NCBI GenBank assembly: GCA_045651685.1
Contig: JAZRSV010000005.1
Location: forward strand, 13,592 to 77,591
Source of the DNA: Clostridia bacterium
Lineage (GTDB): Bacteria > Bacillota > Clostridia > Christensenellales > UBA1242
Reading direction: 5' to 3'
DNA length: 64,000 nucleotides
Position 1 is the stretch's first letter; the number at the start of each line of letters is the position of its first letter. Below are positions 1-9,436 of the stretch, one piece after another. Made by a program: the position numbers and the translations under genes. A model generated the notes under the pieces. The model saw nothing but the letters and a program-made list of their open reading frames with translations. It was not told the DNA's origin and searched no databases.

Positions 1-736
1 GCTCAAACCTTGGACCATACATATCGTCATCAAAGTCAAGATGTCTTATCTCACCTTTTTGGCCATACTCAATCATAGAAAAATGAACATGCATTTTATC
101 TACTTTTTCGTGACCTATGTGGTCAATAAGATATTTTATAACTTTTTCAAAACTTTCTACATCTTTTAGAGAACCTTGCTCAAAAGAATTAATGTGACCA
201 AAGTCAATTGTAGGCACTAGGCAATCATCAATTTGGCATATTTCTGCTATTTCTTGATAAGTACCTAATTGGGCACTTTTGCCCATTGTTTCTGGGCTCA
301 AATACATGTCGCCATAACCAGCGTCTTTTACTCTTTTTACAAGTTCTTTTATTCTATCTTTTAGCAATGCAAAAGCTTCTTCTCTAGGTAGTTTGCCACA
401 AGTGCCAGGATGAAATACACATCTCTTTGCACCCATAAGTCTCAAATACTTTAGACAGCTTAATACATAGCCATAAGAATTTTCTAACAAGGTTTCGTCG
501 GTACCAGCAAAATTTATATAATATGGAGCATGAACACTTATTTCTACCCCATGTTTTTTTGCTTCTTCACCAAGTGTTATTGCAGTACTTTCGTTCATCT
601 TAACACCACGAGTAAACGAATACTCATAAGCATTAAGACCTTTTTGCTCTAACCACTCTGGCGCTTGAATACTTGACTTATTGCCCTCATCATAAAACCA
701 TTGGCAATTGCCAGAAGGACCAAATCTTATTACCAT
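1..736 (-). CDS. nfo: Endonuclease IV-like TIM-barrel AP endonuclease (3' end runs off the window; not in ORF track)
   Basis: Manual translation from ATG at 736: MVIRFGPSGN...SVHAPYYIN...VFHPG...PETMGK...IDFGH...MHVHFS, the Zn-binding motifs of AP endonuclease family 2. Confidence 0.85.
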   Translation of the reverse strand, partial: MVIRFGPSGNCQWFYDEGNKSSIQAPEWLEQKGLNAYEYSFTRGVKMNESTAITLGEEAKKHGVEISVHAPYYINFAGTDETLLENSYGYVLSCLKYLRLMGAKRCVFHPGTCGKLPREEAFALLKDRIKELVKRVKDAGYGDMYLSPETMGKSAQLGTYQEIAEICQIDDCLVPTIDFGHINSFEQGSLKDVESFEKVIKYLIDHIGHEKVDKMHVHFSMIEYGQKGEIRHLDFDDDMYGPRFE

Positions 737-739
737 ATT

Positions 740-1594
740 TTACTCCCTCAAAAATGTTTTTATCTTTATAACAGACTCTTTTATCTCAACAATACCAACA
801 ACAACACCCTCACAGATTGCTAAAAACTCGCCATCTTTGTGTTTTATATTGGTCTTAAGCCCTTTTAACAATCTATCAAAAAGTTGCTGTGACATATCAA
901 ACTTTGGCATATCTGCAAGAGCAGTTTTTATATCTACCAAATTGTCTGTTATTGTTTGTATATTTAAGTCTTGCAAATCCAAACTTTCTTCTAGTGCAAA
1001 TGCTCCACATCTAGTTCGTATAAGACTTGTCATAGTAGCTACTGTGCCCAAACTTTCGGCCAAATCTCTACACAAACTTCTTATATATGTACCGGCAGAA
1101 CACTCTATATCAAACTCAAAACTTTTATCATCAATTTGTCTTAACAAATCAAACTTGTACACATGTATAAGTTTTGGTTTTAGTTCAAAATCAACACCCT
1201 GCCTAGCAAGCTCATATGCTCTGACGCCTCCAATACTTTTTGCCGAATATTTGGGTGGATATTGGTTTATTTCGCCAATTAGACCCTTTAGAGCGGCTAT
1301 AACTGTATCTTTTGTAGGCAAAATAGAGTTTTGCTCTACAACTTCGCCTTCGCTATCAAGCGTAGTTGTTAATTTGCCAAATTCGAACACCGCTGTGTAT
1401 CTTTTTGTCTTGTTCAAAAAATAATCAAAAAGTCTTGTTGCCTTGCCAACACATATTGGCAATACTCCACTTGCTAGTGGATCTAAAGTACCAAGATGAC
1501 CTACCTTGTCTTGATGTGTAAGTTTTTTTATCTTTACAACAACTTGACTACTAGACATACCACTAGGTTTGTTTATATTAATTATTCCTATCAT
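740..1594 (-). CDS. truB: tRNA pseudouridine(55) synthase
   Basis: INKPSGMSS, GHLGTLDPLASGVL, CSAGTYIRSL; start moved to MIGIIN. Confidence 0.95.
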   Translation of the reverse strand: MIGIININKPSGMSSSQVVVKIKKLTHQDKVGHLGTLDPLASGVLPICVGKATRLFDYFLNKTKRYTAVFEFGKLTTTLDSEGEVVEQNSILPTKDTVIAALKGLIGEINQYPPKYSAKSIGGVRAYELARQGVDFELKPKLIHVYKFDLLRQIDDKSFEFDIECSAGTYIRSLCRDLAESLGTVATMTSLIRTRCGAFALEESLDLQDLNIQTITDNLVDIKTALADMPKFDMSQQLFDRLLKGLKTNIKHKDGEFLAICEGVVVGIVEIKESVIKIKTFLRE

Positions 1595-2549
1595 GCTTAT
1601 CAATCTCATCAATACACAAATTTATTAGCTTGTCCAAGTTGGTCTTATAGTCGCCATCAAATCTGCAACCAGATGCCATCTTATGGCCACCACCACCAAA
1701 CTGTGTAGCAATTTCTTGAACATTAGCATAAATATTTGATCTTAATGCAACAGAATAAAATTTAGGTTCTTTTTCGACAATTTTGATAATAATTTCGTTG
1801 CCCTCGATACCTGTTAAAAATTCAAATATACCGGCAGTTTCTACAATGTCTGCTATTTTTTTGTATTCTTTATAAGGTACAGAAATCAACAAGATTTTGT
1901 CGTTGTAATAATATTGCAAATGCTTAAAGCAATATTGATAAAAATCCATTTGCTTTTTTGGCTTAAACTTAAACAAGAAAAAGTTAGTATTTTCTAGGTC
2001 AAATTTTTTACCAATCAAACTACCTACTACTCTATGGCAGCCAGCAGTTGTGTTTGTATTTTTGAAACAACCCGTATCTGTAGCAATACCAGCATACAAT
2101 AAGGTTGCTATTTCTTTAGAAATTTTTACTTTTAGACCTTTGATAATCTTATAAATCAAGTCGCAAGAACTTGGACATGAAGGATTAACAAATTTTAGAT
2201 TAAATCTGTATTTTTCTCTAATGTGGTGGTCGATACACATTTTTACAGGCATTTTTTCAAAGTATGGTGCATATTTACCCAATCTATGAGGTATGTTGCA
2301 GTCAATCAAAACACCAACTTGTACATTTTCTAAAACAGATACATCTGTGCACAAATCTGCTCCCAAAAACTCAAGGTTTTTTGTAGGCACACCATCACAA
2401 AAAACATATACTGTTTTACCTAAACTCTCCAATGCCAATTTAAGAGCTTTTGTAGAGCCCAAAGCATCAGCGTCTGGGCTAATATGAGTAAACAATGCAA
2501 AAGAATCGTACGACTTCAAAAAATTGGTAACTTTTTTTATAGAAATCAT
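1578..2549 (-). CDS. nrnA: DHH/DHHA1 oligoribonuclease / PAP phosphatase
   Basis: HISPDADALGS, IDHH, DTG, GGGGH; usual position between rbfA and truB. Confidence 0.9.
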   Translation of the reverse strand: MISIKKVTNFLKSYDSFALFTHISPDADALGSTKALKLALESLGKTVYVFCDGVPTKNLEFLGADLCTDVSVLENVQVGVLIDCNIPHRLGKYAPYFEKMPVKMCIDHHIREKYRFNLKFVNPSCPSSCDLIYKIIKGLKVKISKEIATLLYAGIATDTGCFKNTNTTAGCHRVVGSLIGKKFDLENTNFFLFKFKPKKQMDFYQYCFKHLQYYYNDKILLISVPYKEYKKIADIVETAGIFEFLTGIEGNEIIIKIVEKEPKFYSVALRSNIYANVQEIATQFGGGGHKMASGCRFDGDYKTNLDKLINLCIDEIDKHDRNN

Positions 2550-2905
2550 TCTTCATCCTCCACAGGTTTGATATCAAGAGAGTTAATAATTTTATTTATT
2601 TTATCGCTATATTCTATACCTTCATCTAGTACAAATATAAGCTTTGGTATCTCTCTTAATTTTACACTGCTTGCAAGGCATTTTCTTATATAACCACCAG
2701 CAGATCTTATAGCTTCAAAAGCTTTTTGCTTGTCGTTATCATATATGCTCAAGTAGGCTTTGCAAAACTTTAGATCTTGCGTAGTATCTACACGCAAAAC
2801 ACTTACAAAGCCAGTTATACGAGCATCGTTTACTTTGTTATTAATTATTAAAGATAATTCTTTTTGAATTTGAGAGTTTATTCTTTCTAGTCTATTTGCT
2901 GACAT
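2546..2905 (-). CDS. rbfA: Ribosome-binding factor A
   Basis: RLERINSQIQKELS...DLKFCKAY...LREIPKLIFVLD; follows infB. Confidence 0.95.
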   Translation of the reverse strand: MSANRLERINSQIQKELSLIINNKVNDARITGFVSVLRVDTTQDLKFCKAYLSIYDNDKQKAFEAIRSAGGYIRKCLASSVKLREIPKLIFVLDEGIEYSDKINKIINSLDIKPVEDEE

Positions 2906-2919
2906 ACTCTCTCCTTTTA

Positions 2920-5478
2920 TTAGTCTATTTGGACTTTTTCTCTTATGCTACATTCGATGATGTCGCCTTCTAATATGTCATTAAAACCATCAATTTTAAT
3001 ACCACACTCAAAGCCAGCCAAAACTTCTTTAGCATCATCTTTTTCTTTACGCAATGTAGCAATTTTGCCTTCGAACAATACATTGTCTTTGCGCATTACT
3101 TTTACAAGACCGTTTCTAACGATCTTACCATCAAGCACTCTACAACCAGCAACTGTACCAATACTACTAATCTTAAATAGTGCTCTAACCTCTGCATGAC
3201 CAACAACTTTGTCTTCGTATTTTGGAGCAGCAAGACCTTTTATAGCATGTTCTACTTCGTCTAATGCTTCGTAAATAATGCTGTATTGTTTAATTTGAAC
3301 ATTGTTATGTTCTGCCATAGACAATGCTTTGTTATCAACTTTTATATTAAAGCCAATAATTATTGCGTTAGACACTTGTGCAAGTTGAACATCTGTTTCT
3401 GTTACAGCACCTACCGCACTATGAATAACTTTTACTTCTGCTTCGTCAGAACTTACTTTTGACAACATTTGTTTTAGAGCTTCGGCAGAACCTTGAACAT
3501 CAGACTTAATAATCAAGTTAAGAACTTTCTTATCTTCGCTTGGGTTGCGACTCAAGAAGTCATCAAGACTTGTGCCAAGACCTTTTTCGGCCATTTCGTT
3601 AGCCATTTTTGCTTTACGCTCTTGAATAACATTTTTACTTAATTTTTCATCAACTGCTTGTACTTTGTCACCAACATTTGGTACATTGTCAAAACCAAGA
3701 ATTGATACTGGTGTAGAGGGACCAGCTTTTGTAATGTTTTTGCCTTTGTCGTCAATCATTGCTCTTACACGACCAAAGCAGAAACCAGATACAACTGTAT
3801 CACCAATTTTTAATGTACCGTTATTAACAATAACATTAGCAACAGGACCTTTACCTTTGTCTAGTCTTGCCTCAACTACTGTTGCAACAGCACTCTTATC
3901 TTTGTTAGCACGCAAATCTTGCATTTCTGCAACTAATAAAATCATTTCTAGCAACTTATCAATACCAGTACCAGCTTTTGCAGAGATAGGTACCATAATA
4001 GCATCGCCACCCCATTCTTCTGGTAAAACTTCGTATTCGGTAAGTTGTTGTTTAATTCTATCGATATTAGCTTCTGGCTTGTCAATTTTGTTGATAGCAA
4101 CAATCATAGGTACTTTTGCAGCTTTGATATGATTGATAGCTTCTACTGTTTGAGGTTTTACGCCATCATCTGCAGCAACAACTAAAACAGCCAAGTCAGT
4201 TATTTGAGCACCTCTAGCACGCATACTTGTAAACGCTGCGTGTCCTGGAGTGTCAATAAATGTGATTTTTTCGTTATTCCAATTAATAGAATAAGCACCG
4301 ATGTGTTGTGTAATACCACCAGCCTCGCCTAGTATTACATTTGTTTTTCTGATATAGTCAAGCAAAGAAGTCTTACCATGGTCAACATGACCCATAACTG
4401 TTACTATTGGAGGACGACGCTCTAGGTTAGTATCGCTGTCTTCGCTAACAGTGTCAGTAAGTTGTTCTTCGTATGTTTTATCAAGCTTAAATTCTAGTGT
4501 TATGCCAAGTTCACTTGCAACAAGTTCTGCCGCAGTAAAATCGATAACACTATTAATAGAAGCCATAATACCCAAACTCATAAGTTGTTTTATGATTTCG
4601 GTGACTGGCTTACCAATTTTTTCTGACAATAATTTTACAGTTAAGTTAGGGGTTGTAATAACTGCATTAGTTATTGCTGTATATACAGGTTGAACTTCTT
4701 GTTTAGGCTTTTTAATTTTTAACTTTCTAGTGACCATACGCTCTTCGATATTGCGCTCTTCTATTAAGCCACGAGAAAGAAGTGATTTTTTGTTAAGTTT
4801 TTTGTCCTCTTGTGGTTTGTCATGAGTTTTTTTCTTGTTAGAATAATCTCTCTCTTTATTAACAAAAACACTTGCTGCACTTGTTAGATCTGCCTTGGCA
4901 GTTTTTGCAGAACCAAATGCAGGTTTTGGACCAAAAGGTTTTTTAACATCTTTGTTTTGTGTGTTAAATTTGTTATTTGGGTTAAACTTTTGACCAGGTT
5001 TTTCACCATTTTGATTGTTAAATCTAGGTCTATCTTGACCAGCAAATCTAGGACCACGACCTTCTTGATTGTTGTATGCAGGTCTGCTTTGATTATTGCC
5101 TTGCCAAATAGGTCTAGGACCTTGCTGTTTAGAAGCAAATTGTTGTTGAGGTTTTTGTTGCTCAACTGGCTTTGGTTGTACAGCAACAGGTTTAGGTTCT
5201 ACCTTCTTCTCTACAACTTTTGGCTCTACCTTTTCTTCTACCTTTGCAGCAGCAGCTTTTTGTTCAAGAATAGCTTGTTGCTTTTGAGCTAGGTCTTTGT
5301 TCTTTTTAATTTCACCCAATTTTTCTTTTAGGCCATCGTAAAAACTAGACAACTGTTGTTTTGTCTTTTTTACTTCTTTGAACAATGTTGGTACACTGCC
5401 GTCTGCATTTAACTTTGCAACCAACTTAATATTGTCCAAGTTTTGTTGATTTTGTTTTTCTTTAACTATTTCTGCCAA
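2920..5478 (-). CDS. infB: Translation initiation factor IF-2 (TTG start)
   Basis: RPPIVTVMGHVDHGKTSLLD, GGITQHIGA, DTPGH, NKID. Confidence 0.98.
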   Translation of the reverse strand: MAEIVKEKQNQQNLDNIKLVAKLNADGSVPTLFKEVKKTKQQLSSFYDGLKEKLGEIKKNKDLAQKQQAILEQKAAAAKVEEKVEPKVVEKKVEPKPVAVQPKPVEQQKPQQQFASKQQGPRPIWQGNNQSRPAYNNQEGRGPRFAGQDRPRFNNQNGEKPGQKFNPNNKFNTQNKDVKKPFGPKPAFGSAKTAKADLTSAASVFVNKERDYSNKKKTHDKPQEDKKLNKKSLLSRGLIEERNIEERMVTRKLKIKKPKQEVQPVYTAITNAVITTPNLTVKLLSEKIGKPVTEIIKQLMSLGIMASINSVIDFTAAELVASELGITLEFKLDKTYEEQLTDTVSEDSDTNLERRPPIVTVMGHVDHGKTSLLDYIRKTNVILGEAGGITQHIGAYSINWNNEKITFIDTPGHAAFTSMRARGAQITDLAVLVVAADDGVKPQTVEAINHIKAAKVPMIVAINKIDKPEANIDRIKQQLTEYEVLPEEWGGDAIMVPISAKAGTGIDKLLEMILLVAEMQDLRANKDKSAVATVVEARLDKGKGPVANVIVNNGTLKIGDTVVSGFCFGRVRAMIDDKGKNITKAGPSTPVSILGFDNVPNVGDKVQAVDEKLSKNVIQERKAKMANEMAEKGLGTSLDDFLSRNPSEDKKVLNLIIKSDVQGSAEALKQMLSKVSSDEAEVKVIHSAVGAVTETDVQLAQVSNAIIIGFNIKVDNKALSMAEHNNVQIKQYSIIYEALDEVEHAIKGLAAPKYEDKVVGHAEVRALFKISSIGTVAGCRVLDGKIVRNGLVKVMRKDNVLFEGKIATLRKEKDDAKEVLAGFECGIKIDGFNDILEGDIIECSIREKVQID

Positions 5479-5479
5479 A

Positions 5480-5794
5480 TTAGTTCACCCCTATAATAAT
5501 GTCTAATGAATTGTCTATAATTGCCTGTGCAAGACTGTGGTTTTTGATACCAATTATCTTGCAATTATCTTTGTTTAATAATTCTGCAAGTGTTGCTTGC
5601 TTTGTGACAAACGCCTTGCAATTTTTGTTTGCTGCAACCAAATTTTTTGCAACTGTTATATATTTATCATTTGCAGTATGACACACTATAACCAAATACA
5701 ACTTTTTTGTATAAAGCTTTAGGTTGTCTATCCCATATATAATACTGTTGCTTTTTTGAGCAAAACCCAAATATGTAGATACTTTATTTTCCAA
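5480..5794 (-). CDS. L7Ae-family RNA-binding protein (YlxQ-like)
   Basis: YLGFAQKS..IIYG motif and position between ylxR and infB; TTG at 5794 with GGAGGA RBS. Confidence 0.75.
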   Translation of the reverse strand: MENKVSTYLGFAQKSNSIIYGIDNLKLYTKKLYLVIVCHTANDKYITVAKNLVAANKNCKAFVTKQATLAELLNKDNCKIIGIKNHSLAQAIIDNSLDIIIGVN

Positions 5795-6041
5795 TAGTAT
5801 CCTCCAAAAGAGCATAACTTTGCTCGCTGATGTTTTGCTTAAAAGCTTTGTTTAACATTTTTGTTTTGATACATTTTTGTATACATTGTTGATCTTTGCA
5901 AACATATGCACCCCTACCATTTGCCTTAAATGTAGGATCAATAAAAACTTCGCCTTCTTTGTTTTTTACAACTCTAACAAGTTCTTGTTTTTGTTTCATT
6001 TGTCTGCAAACAATACACATTCTAAGTGGTGTATCTTTCAT
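5784..6041 (-). CDS. ylxR: YlxR (DUF448) RNA-binding protein
   Basis: PLRMCIVC...LVRVV...GRGAYVC..C; downstream of nusA. Confidence 0.92.
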   Translation of the reverse strand: MKDTPLRMCIVCRQMKQKQELVRVVKNKEGEVFIDPTFKANGRGAYVCKDQQCIQKCIKTKMLNKAFKQNISEQSYALLEDTIGK

Positions 6042-6057
6042 ACAAACCTCTCAAATA

Positions 6058-7212
6058 TTATTCTTCGTCCAAGTCTGACATGATGTCCATATCGTCCATT
6101 GTGTCGTCACCAATGTCATATACTTCTGGTTCTTTGTTTAAGAACAAGTCACCATCAATACTCTTTGCTGCTGTTTCGCTCTTAACATCTATCTTCCAGC
6201 CAGTAAGTTTAACTGCAAGTCTAACATTTTGACCGTTTTTGCCGATAGCAAGTGATAGTTTGTCATCTTTTACAACTGCACGAGCTGTTTTGTCACCTTC
6301 TAAAGCATAAACTGTATCTACTTTAGCTGGGCTTAATGCTCTTGCGATATATTCTAGTGGATTTTCTGACCATTCGATGATGTCAATTTTTTCACCATTA
6401 AGTTCGCCAACAATTGTGTTAACACGCAAACCTTTATTACCAACACAAGCACCAATTGGATCCAAATTTGCATTAGCAGTATAAACAGACATCTTTGTAC
6501 GATATCCAGCTTCACGAACGATGTTCTTAATTTCTACTTCGCCACTTTCGATTTCTGGTACTTCTAATTCAAACAATCTCTTTACAAAACCTGCATTGCT
6601 ACGAGAAACAGGTACGCAAGTTGCTTTCATATTTTCTCTGATAGGTTTTACATATACTTTTAGTCTAGCGCCTACTTGATAAATTTCACCAGGGATTTGA
6701 TCTTTTTCTTGCAAAACACCTTCAGTTTGAGTTCCTGGAATTTCTACATAAACAGAACCAGCCTCTACTCTTCTGATGATGCAAGTAATAAGCTCATTTT
6801 GTTTTTCTGAAAGTTCACTCATAGCTACTTGTTGTTCTGCCTCTCTCAATCTTTGCATAACAACTTGTCTTGCTATTTGAGCAGAAATTCTGTCAAAGTC
6901 TTTTGTTGTCACTTCTTCCATAACAACATCGCCAACTTTGTATGACTTTTTGATTTGTCTAGCTTCTTCTAAAGTCATTTGTTTATCTGGATCTTCTATT
7001 GCGTCTTCGTTTTCTACAATAGTTTTATAACCATAAACTTTGATAGTGTGTTTTTCTGGGTTTAGTTTTACTTCTACAGATTTTGCTTCGCCAAAATTCT
7101 TTTTGTAAGCAGAAGTAAGTGCTAGTTCTAGAGATTCTAAAAAGTACTCTTTGTTAATTTTCTTTTCTCTTTCTAAATCATCAAGTGCGTTAAAAAAATC
7201 TTTGTTAATCAT
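6058..7212 (-). CDS. nusA: Transcription termination factor NusA
   Basis: S1 and KH domains: REAGYRTK, DPIGACVG, SLAIGKNGQNVRLA. Confidence 0.97.
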   Translation of the reverse strand: MINKDFFNALDDLEREKKINKEYFLESLELALTSAYKKNFGEAKSVEVKLNPEKHTIKVYGYKTIVENEDAIEDPDKQMTLEEARQIKKSYKVGDVVMEEVTTKDFDRISAQIARQVVMQRLREAEQQVAMSELSEKQNELITCIIRRVEAGSVYVEIPGTQTEGVLQEKDQIPGEIYQVGARLKVYVKPIRENMKATCVPVSRSNAGFVKRLFELEVPEIESGEVEIKNIVREAGYRTKMSVYTANANLDPIGACVGNKGLRVNTIVGELNGEKIDIIEWSENPLEYIARALSPAKVDTVYALEGDKTARAVVKDDKLSLAIGKNGQNVRLAVKLTGWKIDVKSETAAKSIDGDLFLNKEPEVYDIGDDTMDDMDIMSDLDEE

Positions 7213-7227
7213 TGTTTCAAATTTCTC

Positions 7228-7695
7228 CTAAAATATTATATATGGTTGACATACTGCAATTTTTTGTCTTGGAATGTCTAGCTGCTTTTGCTCTGTTTGT
7301 ATAGAAAGTATTTCTGCATCAAACTTGATAAGCTTGCCGACAAATTCTTTTTTGCCATCTAGTACAGTATAAAGTTTGACTATAATGTCTTTGTTTAAGT
7401 AGCGCTCATAGTCTCTTTCGTACTTAAAAGGCCTGTCTAACCCTAGTGACGATACATTTAATGTATACGAAGCACCGTTTGTTGGATCCAATTCGTCCAG
7501 TGGCAAATCTATTGCCCTGTGTACTGTCTCACAATCATTAATTGTAATTGGACTTAAGTCTGCTTTTGCTAAAAACACAGTCAAGTTCATGCCGGTATAT
7601 TTTTTTGCATATTCGACATCTGCTAGTTCATAACCTAAGCCTTCTACAATTGGTGTTATGTGATCAATAACCATTTTTTCTATCTTGCTTGGCAT
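7228..7695 (-). CDS. rimP: Ribosome maturation factor RimP
   Basis: ITINDCE, YTLNVSSLGLDRP; first gene of the nusA operon. Confidence 0.93.
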   Translation of the reverse strand: MPSKIEKMVIDHITPIVEGLGYELADVEYAKKYTGMNLTVFLAKADLSPITINDCETVHRAIDLPLDELDPTNGASYTLNVSSLGLDRPFKYERDYERYLNKDIIVKLYTVLDGKKEFVGKLIKFDAEILSIQTEQKQLDIPRQKIAVCQPYIIF

Positions 7696-7714
7696 AATAC
7701 CCCCTAACTAACAA

Positions 7715-7740
7715 TTAAGAGTGGGTCTCCCCACTCTTAA
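7715..7740 (-). terminator. rimP-nusA leader hairpin (probable NusA-dependent attenuator)
   Basis: Perfect stem TTAAGAGTGGG-gaga-CCCACTCTTAA between promoter and rimP, weak U-tract; a GAGTGGG/CCCACTC hairpin is typical of Firmicutes rimP leaders. Confidence 0.75.
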
Positions 7741-7764
7741 CAAGCATCATATATAAGCATATGT

Positions 7765-7793
7765 AGTATAACACATAGTATTATAAATTTCAA
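7765..7793 (-). promoter_or_regulatory. SigmaA promoter of the rimP-nusA-infB operon
   Basis: TTGAAA-17 nt-TATACT with extended -10 TG. Confidence 0.7.
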
Positions 7794-7800
7794 GTACTAA

Positions 7801-9375
7801 TTATAATAATTTCAAAAAAACTTCTGCAGTGGCAATAGTATCGTTAATAGCTCTATGCGCGCCAACTAGACTAATGCCCAAATAACCCGTCACAGTCTTA
7901 AGATTATGGTGTTTTAGATTGCTTAATTTTACCCTAGCCATATGCAAAGTGTCGTACTTGGCATTGTCAAAATTATAACCCAATCTCTTTGCATTAGCAT
8001 CAATAAACTTACAGTCAAAATCTATTGCATTGTGACCTACCAAAGCTGCCCCTCTAGTAAACTTATAAAAGTCTGGCAACACTTGGTTGATACTGCAAGC
8101 GCTAGCAACCATTTCGTTGGTTATATTATTAATTGCAGTTGCTTCTGCAGGTATAGGTTTTGAAGGCTTAACAAATGACCAAAAAGTTTGTTTTATTACA
8201 CCATCAACAACTTTTACTGCACCTATTTCTATTATTTCATCTTTTTCAAAATCTAGTCCTGTAGTCTCTAGGTCAAACACAACAAATGTCTTGCCGATAG
8301 CTTTTGGGTTAACATCTACATTTGCCTCGTCAAACAAGTTGCCTTGTTTACTGCTTTCGTATGCTTGAGGTATAACAAAATTATAATCAGTAGTTTCTTT
8401 TTTGAACTGTGTATTGTCTATCTCATCACCTATTTCACACAGAGCCAAATCTTTTACCTTTAAGCTAAATCGTTCGTTAAAGCTCTCAACATCACCTCTA
8501 ACCAAAACAGTTGAACCATCGCTAATCAAGTTCATCTTATGAATATTAGCCTTATTTGGAAAACATACACATTGTATTTGCAAAGCGCCATCTTGCAATA
8601 CAAATCTAAAATATTGCTTTTCTAATTGGTGCTTTTCGCCATCTTCGCCTTTTACCATACGCTTTGATAAAAAGCTTTTCATCTCAAAAAACTTAACCTT
8701 GCCGGCAAATACCCTATTAACAGCTTCTTTGTTTACAACATGCTCTGGGTCTACATCAATGTCCTCACCAATTAACTTTTGCTTGTTAGACACCTTAAAT
8801 CTACGATTCATATTGTTAACATACGCAGTTGCTGTGCTTATTTCTTCTATCTTGCGTTGGCGTTCTTGCAAAAACGAATCATACTCTTTTGAGTCTACAC
8901 TATATGTGTCAATGTTTATCAAAAAGCTGCCACAAAAATTAAAATTAAGCTTTGCAATAAGGTCACTTTTTATATCTTTTTTGGCAAAATAATCTGCCAC
9001 AAAATCATCAATAGTAAAGTTAATTTTTGCTTGTTTGTTTTCTACCTCTACTTTTATAGTATCAGTATTACAACTATCCTTTACACTTGCATGGTTGCTA
9101 TAAAAGTAGTTTATAACAAACTTTTGAATCAAATTTGGATCAAGATAACTTTTTCTTATCTTAACTTCTACAGGAGCAGTAATAGACAAGTTTTTTATAA
9201 CAAGTTGAGTTATTTTTTCTTTTTGCTCTTCGGTAAGATCTGGCACATCCTGATCATAGATAAAAGACACAACACATTTTTGTTCTTGCTTAAAGTATGT
9301 CACTTCGCTAAGCTTAAGAAAACTAAACTCGTTGTTTGTTTTTGTGTTAATATAATCAACCAAAGAATAATTCAT
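7801..9375 (-). CDS. PolC-derived protein: PolC N-terminal domain + OB fold + DEDDh 3'-5' exonuclease, no PHP or polymerase domain
   Basis: Occupies the polC position (rseP-X-rimP). ExoI FVVFDLETTG, ExoII GHNAIDFD, ExoIII HRAIND. OB-like FRFVLQDG..IQC..VLVRGDVE. ATG at 9375 with AAGGAGGAG RBS; stops right after the exonuclease. Confidence 0.85.
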   Translation of the reverse strand: MNYSLVDYINTKTNNEFSFLKLSEVTYFKQEQKCVVSFIYDQDVPDLTEEQKEKITQLVIKNLSITAPVEVKIRKSYLDPNLIQKFVINYFYSNHASVKDSCNTDTIKVEVENKQAKINFTIDDFVADYFAKKDIKSDLIAKLNFNFCGSFLINIDTYSVDSKEYDSFLQERQRKIEEISTATAYVNNMNRRFKVSNKQKLIGEDIDVDPEHVVNKEAVNRVFAGKVKFFEMKSFLSKRMVKGEDGEKHQLEKQYFRFVLQDGALQIQCVCFPNKANIHKMNLISDGSTVLVRGDVESFNERFSLKVKDLALCEIGDEIDNTQFKKETTDYNFVIPQAYESSKQGNLFDEANVDVNPKAIGKTFVVFDLETTGLDFEKDEIIEIGAVKVVDGVIKQTFWSFVKPSKPIPAEATAINNITNEMVASACSINQVLPDFYKFTRGAALVGHNAIDFDCKFIDANAKRLGYNFDNAKYDTLHMARVKLSNLKHHNLKTVTGYLGISLVGAHRAINDTIATAEVFLKLL

Positions 9376-9392
9376 ATGCTCCTCCTTATAAA

Positions 9393-9427
9393 AAAATTTA
9401 AGCAAGGCAAGTTACCCTGCCTCGCCC
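9393..9427 (-). terminator. Stem-loop between rseP and the PolC-derived gene (possible terminator or processing site)
   Basis: GGGCGAGGCAGG-gtaa-CTTGCCTTGCTT followed by AAATTTTT. Confidence 0.5.
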
Positions 9428-9436
9428 AATATCACA

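Noticed and set aside
708-1424. 238-aa plus-strand ORF, and the many other 60-155-aa ORFs antisense to housekeeping genes
   Set aside because: They are shadows of well-supported genes on the other strand (here truB), with no RBS or recognisable motifs.
7696-7800. Frameshifted continuation of polC after the exonuclease
   Set aside because: Only about 105 nt separate the stop from rimP, filled by a promoter and leader hairpin. No PHP or polymerase remnant is visible.
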